From positions 62,001-126,000 of IMG/VR virus record IMGVR_UViG_3300043446_004613: a DNA stretch of 64,000 bases. One strand, 5' to 3'. This document shows, piece by piece, positions 36,489-43,669 of this stretch. The position numbers were made by a program, and so were the translations under genes. Under the pieces are notes generated by a model. That model saw only the letters and a program-made list of their open reading frames with translations, was not told the DNA's origin and ran no database searches. The first letter of the stretch is position 1, and each line of letters starts with the position of its first letter.

Positions 36489-37928
36489 ATGTCACGCTGG
36501 GAAACCTACAACTTCACGAACGACTTTCAGGACATGATCCTCGCGTGCCTTATCCGGCACCCGGAAGAATTTTATGCGTTCGGCGAAATCATCAAACCGG
36601 AATTCTTCACCGGATCAATAGCCACCGAAGCGGTATTCAATCTGATGCAGTATCGGACTGAGTACGGCAAGGTGCCTAACTTTACGGTACTGGCCAACTA
36701 CGCCTTTCACCGCTCGGCCACCGTTAACATCGATCACGCCAAGGAACTTTTCGACTACATCGAGAAACTGGCCAGCATTGAAACATCGGAGCGCAAGTAC
36801 ATCGTCAACTCGACGGTAAAATTTGCGAAGGAGCGGGCTATCTATGACGCGATCCGCAAGATTCACGCAGCCCAGACAGAAGGTAAACCGTTGGATGTCG
36901 TCAAAGTCATGTCCGATGCGCAGGCCGTCGGCGAGAACATGAACGATTACGGCCTGTCGCTGGCCCACGACACCGACAAGATCATCGATACGGTCACCCA
37001 GAAGAGCTACGGCGTCATGACGGGCTACGCGGAATTCGACAAGCTCTGGAAAACCGGCTGGGCACCCGGCTGGCTGATCGTACCGCTGGCTCCGCCTAAG
37101 CGCTACAAGACCACGTTTTCGATCAATCTGGCGCTTAATATCGTCACCAATCAGGACGCGGATGTGCTGTATTACGCCTGCGAAATCTCGCAGGAACTGG
37201 CAGGCATGCGTGCGCTTTGTAATGTCACGGGATGGAGTACCGATGCTTTCTACGAAAGCCCGGAAAAGGGCAAGCTTACGGCCAAGAAAGCTGTTGATGG
37301 AAAACTCTGGGGTAACATCGTCTTCAAAAGCTATCCGTCCAAAAGTGCATCGATCAGTCAGATCAAAGCCCATGCCAAGCACCTGATTGAAACACACTCG
37401 TTGAACGTCAGAGCGATCATCATCGACTACGCAGAAACGGTTAAGGCAGACAAGGTCGATAAAGACATGCCTGACTGGCGTCAGCAAGCTGACATCTACA
37501 CGCAGGCGCGTGCGATGGGGTCTGAACTTGGATGCTGCGTCATCATGCCGGATCGCTGCAATAAAGACACGGTGGGCCGTGATGTGCCGAGCATGAAGTC
37601 GTTCCAAGGTGCGTTTGAGAAAGCCGGTATTGTCGACATCGCTATCGGTCTGTGCGCCAGCGACAGCGAACTGAAGCAAAACCGGATGCGCTATTTTGTG
37701 TTCCTCAACCGTCACGGAGAAGCCTTGAAGCACTACGAGGGCAGCATCGATCCTGAACGTATGCAGATGTCCGTCGGGAGCGAGATCGAGTACAATCCAG
37801 ACGAAGAAGAAAACCAAAGCCGTGGCGGTGGTAGCGGCCATTCCCGCAGCGGTTTACCTAAAAAGCGCACAAGCGCAGCGTCTCGGCAAGCGGCACACGA
37901 AGCGGCGATGACTCAAGCAGACGGATAA
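36489..37928 (+). CDS. DnaB/gp41-like replicative helicase
   Basis: RecA-like SF4 layout: APPKRYKT (variant Walker A), YYACE, IIIDY Walker B, VFLNRHG. Confidence 0.85.
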   Translation: MSRWETYNFTNDFQDMILACLIRHPEEFYAFGEIIKPEFFTGSIATEAVFNLMQYRTEYGKVPNFTVLANYAFHRSATVNIDHAKELFDYIEKLASIETSERKYIVNSTVKFAKERAIYDAIRKIHAAQTEGKPLDVVKVMSDAQAVGENMNDYGLSLAHDTDKIIDTVTQKSYGVMTGYAEFDKLWKTGWAPGWLIVPLAPPKRYKTTFSINLALNIVTNQDADVLYYACEISQELAGMRALCNVTGWSTDAFYESPEKGKLTAKKAVDGKLWGNIVFKSYPSKSASISQIKAHAKHLIETHSLNVRAIIIDYAETVKADKVDKDMPDWRQQADIYTQARAMGSELGCCVIMPDRCNKDTVGRDVPSMKSFQGAFEKAGIVDIAIGLCASDSELKQNRMRYFVFLNRHGEALKHYEGSIDPERMQMSVGSEIEYNPDEEENQSRGGGSGHSRSGLPKKRTSAASRQAAHEAAMTQADG

Positions 37929-37934
37929 TTTTAA

Positions 37935-37963
37935 TTGACTGTATACATTTGTGTGCGTACAGT
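37935..37963 (+). promoter_or_regulatory. sigma70-type promoter for the tRNA/ncRNA/tmRNA cluster
   Basis: TTGACT-17 nt-TACAGT ending 5 nt before the tRNA. Confidence 0.8.
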
Positions 37964-37968
37964 CTGTT

Positions 37969-38045
37969 CGCGGGGTGGAGCAGCCCGGTAGCTCGTCTGG
38001 CTCATAACCAGAAGGTCGTTGGTTCAAATCCAACCTCCGCAACCA
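37969..38045 (+). tRNA. tRNA-fMet (CAT), initiator type
   Basis: Full cloverleaf, C1:A72 mismatch, anticodon loop CTCATAA, encoded CCA. Confidence 0.95.
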
Positions 38046-38054
38046 ATTTCGGTA

Positions 38055-38216
38055 GCTTGCCGTGAGCAAGTGAATGTCGCAGCACGAGCGGCTAGGTACA
38101 GTGCGGGTTGAGAGATTCCCGGCGTCGTGCAGTGTCTCTCTGGTGGAGGGCCAGTGATGGCCCCCGGCGAGCAGCCTAGCGTGACTGCCGCAGTCTTTAC
38201 CGGCTGCAACTGCTCG
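38055..38216 (+). ncRNA. candidate structured ncRNA of unknown class
   Basis: Nested helices, GNRA hairpin and a 6-bp loop-loop pseudoknot; followed by a U-rich tract. Confidence 0.6.
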
Positions 38217-38234
38217 CTTTTTGATTTTTGATTT

Positions 38235-38652
38235 GGGCGCGTACTGGTTTCGACTTTGATCGTAGCGGTGACGCCGACATGCCGAGGATGATGGTTGGCC
38301 TCGTAAAACAAACCGTCAAAAGTTAAATGCTGAAGAAGCTGAACTGAACAGCCTCCTCGCGGAAGCCGAAAGCATTTTCAACAATGCTGACGAAGTTCTC
38401 GCGAACGCTGAAGCTGTGGCGGCCTAACGGCCACCACCCGTTTACCGATCGATGCCTGCTGAATCGAGTAAACGCCATTAGCAGGACAGTGTGGATGCCG
38501 AGCAACGTCGGCGTTGGCCCGTGCCAGCCTATGGCGCAACCGGCAGGGTTTTCAGTTGTCGCTCTGATCCTGCCGCACAAAAGCGAAGAAGCATGTGAAT
38601 GGTGCAGTGTTACGGACATAGGACAGGGGTTCAACTCCCCTCGCGTCCACCA
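38235..38652 (+). ncRNA. ssrA: transfer-messenger RNA (tmRNA)
   Basis: 5' GGGCGCGTACTGGTTTCGAC; 3' GGGGTTCAACTCCCCTCGCGTCCACCA; G3-U wobble; pk1 CGAGG/CCTCGTAAA; tag ORF 38329-38427 ending AVAA*. Confidence 0.95.
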
Positions 38653-38656
38653 CTTT

Positions 38657-38761
38657 ATGAAAGAATTCTTGATCATGTTCGGTGTTGGCTTTGGTGTAGT
38701 CTTGCTTGGGTTTTTGATTGGAAGGCTCTTGGCTAACGTCCTTTTCCCAGAGTCAGACTAA
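38657..38761 (+). CDS. small membrane peptide (34 aa)
   Basis: MKEFLIMFGVGFGVVLLGFLIGRLLANVLFPESD. Confidence 0.55.
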   Translation: MKEFLIMFGVGFGVVLLGFLIGRLLANVLFPESD

Positions 38762-38801
38762 TTTTACACGACCGTCAAAGACGACGTAGAGCGCGATCCA
38801 T

Positions 38802-38915
38802 TTGATATTAACCGATCCAGCGAATCCGATTAGTCCGCTTAATCCAGCGAATCCAGCTAATCCAAGCAACCTTCTCAATCCAGCAAATCCAGCTAGTCCG
38901 CTGTGGCCGCGCTGA
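38802..38915 (+). repeat. 9-nt degenerate tandem repeat encoding (N/S/D)P(A/L/I) peptide
   Basis: aatccagcg/aatccagct/aatccaagc/aatccagca units; translates DPANPISPLNPANPANPSNLLNPANPASPLWPR*. Confidence 0.65.
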
Positions 38916-38922
38916 TGTAGTT

Positions 38923-39201
38923 ATGGGCATGGATTACGACCCGCTTGAAGTACAGAAAAATATCGACCACGCGAATAATCTGCGAGCGCGGATTAAGCAG
39001 TCGTTATCAAAGTCACCTGCACACACGGTTGTAAACCGGCTGTTGGACGAGCCTCTTCCGAAACATGGAGCACGCGGCACTCAGCGCAAAAAAGCCGCCA
39101 GCGCTCGATCGGCCCGCATGAGCACCAACCGTAACCTGCGTGCGCGGAGCTTTGGTCGCAACGACAACTACAGCGTCCGCGATCGCGGCTGGCCAACGTG
39201 A
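38923..39201 (+). CDS. basic hypothetical protein with internal VVNRLLDE
   Basis: ORF with TAGTTA motif at its start. Confidence 0.6.
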   Translation: MGMDYDPLEVQKNIDHANNLRARIKQSLSKSPAHTVVNRLLDEPLPKHGARGTQRKKAASARSARMSTNRNLRARSFGRNDNYSVRDRGWPT

Positions 39202-39962
39202 AACAGGCTGTTGTATTTGTTTGCCACCGTTGGTGCGCGTCTACGCGCTCAGAATTTGAGCGCATGCAGCGCGAGATCGGAAACCGCGCCGACTGCTACC
39301 TGCTTTTTCAGTCAGATACTCCAGTCGACTATCCCGTTTTTCGCGTAACGTCTGCCGATCTTATTGACCTTGGTTACCGTAATCTGACACTGCCGCTACA
39401 GGCAGGTTTTAAGCAGCTGCCTGTTTTCGTCTTCCACCGCAAGCAATCTTATGACTACTACTGGTTCGTCGAGTATGACGTACGTTTTACCGGTAATTGG
39501 GAATTATTGTTGACGAGCTTTGAGACTAATCCGGTCGACTTTCTAGCAGCGCACGTGCGCACAGACGTGCAAGAACCTGAATGGTGCTGGTGGCCTAGCC
39601 TGCAACACCCTACACAAGTACACCGGAATAAACTCAGGTGTCTTGCGGTCGTGTTTAGAATCAGCCGTGCTGCGATGGGCTGCCTTGATGATGCCTACGT
39701 CTCTGGTTGGATCGGTCACCCCGAGGTGCTGTGGCCTACAATCCTGTATCATGCTGGGTATACGATCGAAGATTTTGGCGGTGAAGGTGCATTTACACCT
39801 GCCGGTCGCGTGGCACGCTGGTACTGCGATAGCTCTCCGAACAGTAAAGGTCAGCTATACGACGGCACTTTACGCTTCCGAAACCCTATGCGTGTTGCCG
39901 GTACTTTGACGGATAAGCTCTACCATCCAGTTAAAACGGCTGATCATCAGGAACAGGTTTAG
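39198..39962 (+). CDS. DUF3405-like glycosyltransferase-related protein
   Basis: YDYYWFVEYDVRFTGNW, GHPEVLWPT. Confidence 0.6.
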   Translation: MKQAVVFVCHRWCASTRSEFERMQREIGNRADCYLLFQSDTPVDYPVFRVTSADLIDLGYRNLTLPLQAGFKQLPVFVFHRKQSYDYYWFVEYDVRFTGNWELLLTSFETNPVDFLAAHVRTDVQEPEWCWWPSLQHPTQVHRNKLRCLAVVFRISRAAMGCLDDAYVSGWIGHPEVLWPTILYHAGYTIEDFGGEGAFTPAGRVARWYCDSSPNSKGQLYDGTLRFRNPMRVAGTLTDKLYHPVKTADHQEQV

Positions 39963-40473
39963 CGTCGTATTCGCTTTCGTCCGCATCTCCACGCTCCGTG
40001 CGCGGTGTGTTGTCGGCACCTTGAGCACTATTCTCTGCGTGGGTTAAAACCCGGATATTCCAGATGTGGTAGCCTTCATTCCAGTCTTTACGGTCGATTG
40101 TAAGGTCATCTGGTTGATTGCCGCGCTTGGCTAAATAACCCGTATCTGTGCAGAATTTAATGAATTGTTCAAGGGTTAGTGTAAAAGGCAGATTCCGTTT
40201 ACGAGCGCTGTGCCTGAGCATATTCAGCACGTACGTCGCAGGATGTCGCTCTTTAAGACGGCGAGAACGACACTTCCAGCAATGCTCCAGCATATAGCCG
40301 TTAGAGTTAACGGCTCGCGCATTACGGCACCACTTAGACGCGCACTTGTCCTCTTTGCTTCGCGCTTTGGGTGCCTGCTTCCACTTTTTACGGTTACGTC
40401 GGCGCACGCAGGTTAAGAACGGATTAAGTATTTTTTGATTACGGTTGAAAAAGCGTTTACAAATAAGTTGCAC
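39931..40473 (-). CDS. HNH-like phage protein
   Basis: LTLEQF...LTIDRKD..EGY...NIRVLT..ENS pattern; N-terminal Cys pairs. Confidence 0.55.
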   Translation of the reverse strand: MQLICKRFFNRNQKILNPFLTCVRRRNRKKWKQAPKARSKEDKCASKWCRNARAVNSNGYMLEHCWKCRSRRLKERHPATYVLNMLRHSARKRNLPFTLTLEQFIKFCTDTGYLAKRGNQPDDLTIDRKDWNEGYHIWNIRVLTHAENSAQGADNTPRTERGDADESEYDAKPVPDDQPF

Positions 40474-40496
40474 GGCTGTTGCATACAGTGTATCGT
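40468..40496 (+). promoter_or_regulatory. sigma70-type promoter, predicted leaderless transcript
   Basis: TTGCAC-17 nt-TATCGT; ATG 7 nt after the -10 box. Confidence 0.5.
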
Positions 40497-40503
40497 CCTG
40501 CGT

Positions 40504-40692
40504 ATGGACGCTGCTGTAAACAACCAGCCGTGCAACTGCGAACTATGCCAGCCAAACTGGCATTTAGGTCGCGACGGTGAGTTTGAGCGTGCCCCGGAGA
40601 CGGTCGAAAAGAATTCGACCGCGTTTACCCCGGAGCACTTGCTTGCTCATTTTCGTCGGATCGAAGCAGAGTTTGAGTTTGTCATTGGCTGA
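40504..40692 (+). CDS. small hypothetical protein
   Basis: MDAAVNNQPCNCELC... Confidence 0.5.
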   Translation: MDAAVNNQPCNCELCQPNWHLGRDGEFERAPETVEKNSTAFTPEHLLAHFRRIEAEFEFVIG

Positions 40693-41599
40693 CCGGAGGC
40701 TTGCAAAAGCCTGTAAAAGCCTGTGGAAGCGCAGGCTTAGCAGGACGCGTCACCGCCGTTTTCTTCGACAGAATCACACCCGCCTTCTCAAGTGAAGCTG
40801 CGTTTGAATAGTAGATCAGCAGCGTGCAGAGTTCATTCTCGCGCTCGAACATAGTCTCGCTCACCTCGCTTTTAACTGATGTGCCCCAGCCGGTACCAAG
40901 GCTGAAATCCGGCACGCTGACGCTGTTGCACATAATACGGCCTTCGCTTTTGTTCGGGGTCATGCGCATTACATTTCCAGAATAGAGCGTAGAGTCACCT
41001 GCTACACTTGAGTCGGCAGGTGTATTGAAAGTCGTATACGTGGGCTGGCACGTATAGTCCACCATCCAGATCGGCGTGCCGGGCCATGCTGGTTTAGCGG
41101 GCCATGTCGGTGGCGGAGGATAGTGCCAGTGGTGATGGTGCTCCTCCACGATGGTCTGCTGCTGCTGCTTTTTGAAAGCTTCCAGTATCTTATTCGCTTT
41201 GGGTTTTTCGCTGATAAACTTCACACCGATTACGCCACAATTATGCACGTCACCTGAAGCTGATTTGGCATAAGCTTTCTCCTTATTTTCAAAGACGAAG
41301 CGGCTGGCCTCCTTCAAACTGGTGCGCCAGCCGTCCACTTCCACGGTACTGTACGCCGGGACAACGTAGCCACGAGCTTCCGGCGCACAGGGCTGGCCAT
41401 CGACGACGTTTACACCATCGATGCTGACAACCGCCAAGACGCGCTGGGCGCTGTTGTTGGTCAGCTTTACCGTGTAGGGTTGACCCTGACGCCCTTCAAC
41501 GAAGGTCAGGCCGTTCAGGCCGTATTCAGGAATGTTTACTGTGCCGGTGCCTTTGGAACGAGGCACGGCTACGGATACTTCAAACAGGTCATGTTTCAT
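40682..41599 (-). CDS. conserved hypothetical protein (NNSAQRVLAVVSIDG family)
   Basis: EGRQGQPY, VVSIDGVNV, DGWRTS, GVIGV motifs; start set at MKHD after AAAGGT. Confidence 0.7.
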   Translation of the reverse strand: MKHDLFEVSVAVPRSKGTGTVNIPEYGLNGLTFVEGRQGQPYTVKLTNNSAQRVLAVVSIDGVNVVDGQPCAPEARGYVVPAYSTVEVDGWRTSLKEASRFVFENKEKAYAKSASGDVHNCGVIGVKFISEKPKANKILEAFKKQQQQTIVEEHHHHWHYPPPPTWPAKPAWPGTPIWMVDYTCQPTYTTFNTPADSSVAGDSTLYSGNVMRMTPNKSEGRIMCNSVSVPDFSLGTGWGTSVKSEVSETMFERENELCTLLIYYSNAASLEKAGVILSKKTAVTRPAKPALPQAFTGFCKPPVSQ

Positions 41600-41660
41600 T
41601 TTACCTTTCTGCCGCATACGCGGACTTTTGTTTACAGCTGGCGTGTTTGCCGGTTGTATA

Positions 41661-41676
41661 TTAACTACGTAGTTAA
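41661..41676. promoter_or_regulatory. palindromic bidirectional motif TTAACTACGTAGTTAA
   Basis: Perfect 16-bp palindrome between divergent genes; core identical to 25557-25570. Confidence 0.7.
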
Positions 41677-41684
41677 GAACAGAA

Positions 41685-42224
41685 ATGACCGCACCGAAAG
41701 GAACAAATCTTAAAGCTGTTGCGATCGCCGCCAAACTGCTTGAAAACGAAGACCTGTCGTTTACGAACCAGTACCGTGGAGGCGATGGCACAGGTGGTCT
41801 TATTCTCTGGGGTGGCTCGCCATCTGACCCTGATGGTGATCCAGAAGGTACCATTCTTATCGAGTGGGGCGTTGAGATCGAAGCACGTAGCTGGGGCATA
41901 AAGGACATCGTGCCGTTCATCAAGCGCATCGTGCTGGATGGATACTGGAACATCTATCAGGAAACAGGCCCGGATGTTGAGAGCGAAGAGCGCTTTCATT
42001 ACGAATACCCGGAGACACCGGAAGCAAAGCCTACGGTTAAAGCAACAGCAGGCTCTGTAGACGTCGATACAGCTAATCCCGAGGATGTTGAACGCTTGGC
42101 ACAGCCACCAAAATGGAAGCTGGAATATGGTATCGACCGCTATCGCGACAACGATAACCGTACCACGTTCATTCCAAAAGCGGATGTTAATCTGACCACC
42201 CGAACGATTGAAATCACGTTCTAA
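41685..42224 (+). CDS. acidic hypothetical protein with AAKLLE leader
   Basis: AVAIAAKLLENED. Confidence 0.7.
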   Translation: MTAPKGTNLKAVAIAAKLLENEDLSFTNQYRGGDGTGGLILWGGSPSDPDGDPEGTILIEWGVEIEARSWGIKDIVPFIKRIVLDGYWNIYQETGPDVESEERFHYEYPETPEAKPTVKATAGSVDVDTANPEDVERLAQPPKWKLEYGIDRYRDNDNRTTFIPKADVNLTTRTIEITF

Positions 42225-42229
42225 GCAGC

Positions 42230-42910
42230 ATGGCAAACTACCGGCTGACCACCCGAACGTTTTCAAGGCAGTGGCGGCGCAGCAAACTCTACTCTGATAA
42301 AGAGATCAGATGGCTTGCGCGTAAACGCAACTTGACCCTTAAAGACGAGCGCACCGCTATCCAAGTTCTTGACCGTAACGCTAAGGTAGTCGCAGCCTTT
42401 CAGCAGGTTGATGAAGCTGAAGCTCCACACATGCGAAAAAAATCAAACCTGTACGCCGCACTAAAGCTTGGACTTTGGCTGCTTTGCGCGTTGCCTGCTG
42501 CGGCCCAAACGTACGAGGAAAAGGTGATTGCTGCTGTACTAATGGGTGAAGCTTGGGGCGAAGGTACGAACGGTATGACCGCTGTCGCAGAAGTAATTCA
42601 TCAGCGGTCTGTTGATAAGCAAAAGACGCTCCTCCAAATCGTCACGACTCATAGCGGACACATCCACGCGTTTTCATGCTTGAACGGAACATCGCCCAGT
42701 CAGCTTATCAGCAAGTTCAAAGACGAACCTGACTTTCAAAAAGCGCTAGAGATTGCCAAAACAGCATGCCGTACGCCGGATCAGTTGCCGGGCACGACGA
42801 AGCATGCTAATCATTTTACACGTACAGACGAAACACCGTGGTGGGCAAAAAACAAAAAGGCAGTCGCCGTAGTCGGAAATCACTCGTTTTACCGCATGGA
42901 GCGGTACTAG
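42230..42910 (+). CDS. SleB/Hydrolase_2-family cell wall hydrolase with N-terminal extension
   Basis: GEAWGEG..GM.AVAEVI..R, FSC, HF...PWW, VGNHSFY. Confidence 0.85.
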   Translation: MANYRLTTRTFSRQWRRSKLYSDKEIRWLARKRNLTLKDERTAIQVLDRNAKVVAAFQQVDEAEAPHMRKKSNLYAALKLGLWLLCALPAAAQTYEEKVIAAVLMGEAWGEGTNGMTAVAEVIHQRSVDKQKTLLQIVTTHSGHIHAFSCLNGTSPSQLISKFKDEPDFQKALEIAKTACRTPDQLPGTTKHANHFTRTDETPWWAKNKKAVAVVGNHSFYRMERY

Positions 42911-43179
42911 CGCTTGGATTCATTGACGGCTCGAGCGAACCGGGAGCACACATCTCACCGGAAACGGCGGAGCTTTGCGGCTTTAAGCACGGAGATTACG
43001 TGCAGATCGAAAGCGATGAGTCGTGTACTTCAATCACGCGCTCTCTCTGCACTCACGGCCATTTTGGTATGCAACCGAACTACATCTATCTGGATGACGA
43101 CAGTCTCGACTACTTGCAGAGTGAGACAAGGAAACCGGTAAAGGTTTGCCTTTCAAGCGTCACCTTTGATGTACCTTGA
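42838..43179 (+). CDS. hypothetical protein, start unclear
   Basis: HISPETAELCGFKHGDYVQI resembles a double-psi barrel segment; overlaps the SleB 3' end. Confidence 0.4.
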   Translation: MVGKKQKGSRRSRKSLVLPHGAVLALGFIDGSSEPGAHISPETAELCGFKHGDYVQIESDESCTSITRSLCTHGHFGMQPNYIYLDDDSLDYLQSETRKPVKVCLSSVTFDVP

Positions 43180-43292
43180 CTCAGGTAAACTGTATACACT
43201 TGAGCAACTAAATAACTTGTTTGCGCCGTGACTTTACTGACAACGGGCCAAGTAATTAAATTGAACAAAAATTAAAAATAACGTGTTTGATG

Positions 43293-43323
43293 GAACGGCA
43301 ACCTTCGGGTTGCCGTTCTTTTT
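43293..43323 (+). terminator. Rho-independent terminator
   Basis: GAACGGCAACC-TTCG-GGTTGCCGTTC-TTTTT. Confidence 0.85.
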
Positions 43324-43328
43324 AGCGT

Positions 43329-43628
43329 ATGGCACAAGACAAAAACGAAAACGAATACAAAGAGCATCCGATGCGCATATCGGTGGCTGAAATCAATCCC
43401 GACGCGTTATTTATGGACGGTCACGATGATGCAATCATCGGCGTCGCTTCACGCTGCGGCATGAATGACGTCGCTTGCTATGACTACGACAAAGTGATAG
43501 CAAAGCACATCGAAGAAGGAATGTCCGAAGAAGAAGCGATTGAGCACTTCAGCTACAATCAGATCGGCGGTTGGGTTGGAGATAATACGCCGGTATTTGT
43601 CCGTCTGCTCCCGCCCGCTTCCGAATAA
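43329..43628 (+). CDS. conserved phage hypothetical protein
   Basis: DGHDDAIIG...YD..K...GMSEEEA.E.F.YN..G.W.G..TP pattern. Confidence 0.75.
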   Translation: MAQDKNENEYKEHPMRISVAEINPDALFMDGHDDAIIGVASRCGMNDVACYDYDKVIAKHIEEGMSEEEAIEHFSYNQIGGWVGDNTPVFVRLLPPASE

Positions 43629-43669
43629 AATGTCAGCGTAAAAATTACAAAAACCTGTTCTTAGTACAC

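Noticed and set aside
36615-37841. 408-aa antisense ORF, and similar long ones at 13733..14371, 49359..49988, 56179..57169 and 57369..57917
   Set aside because: Antisense shadows of well-supported genes, expected from codon bias; no motifs or start signals
32003-37928. Inteins or group I introns in polA or the helicase
   Set aside because: Lengths are explained by recognisable domains; no splice-junction or homing-endonuclease motifs seen
38090-38180. Second tRNA-like gene, since the GGCTAGG/CCTAGC helix matches the acceptor stem at 3893-4006
   Set aside because: No T loop, D loop or CCA; the 7-nt match may be coincidence
37854-38676. ORFs 37854..38069, 38024..38311, 38323..38676 and 38384..38656
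   Set aside because: Shadow translations of tRNA-fMet and tmRNA (LRRLDLNQRPSGYEP and WWTRGELNP are typical antisense-RNA artefacts)
38802-38915. Possible CRISPR or mini-array
   Set aside because: Units are 9-nt degenerate codon repeats with no spacers; no CRISPR array or cas gene was seen in the window
43176-43200. sigma70 promoter TTGACT...TACACT
   Set aside because: Spacer is only 13 nt
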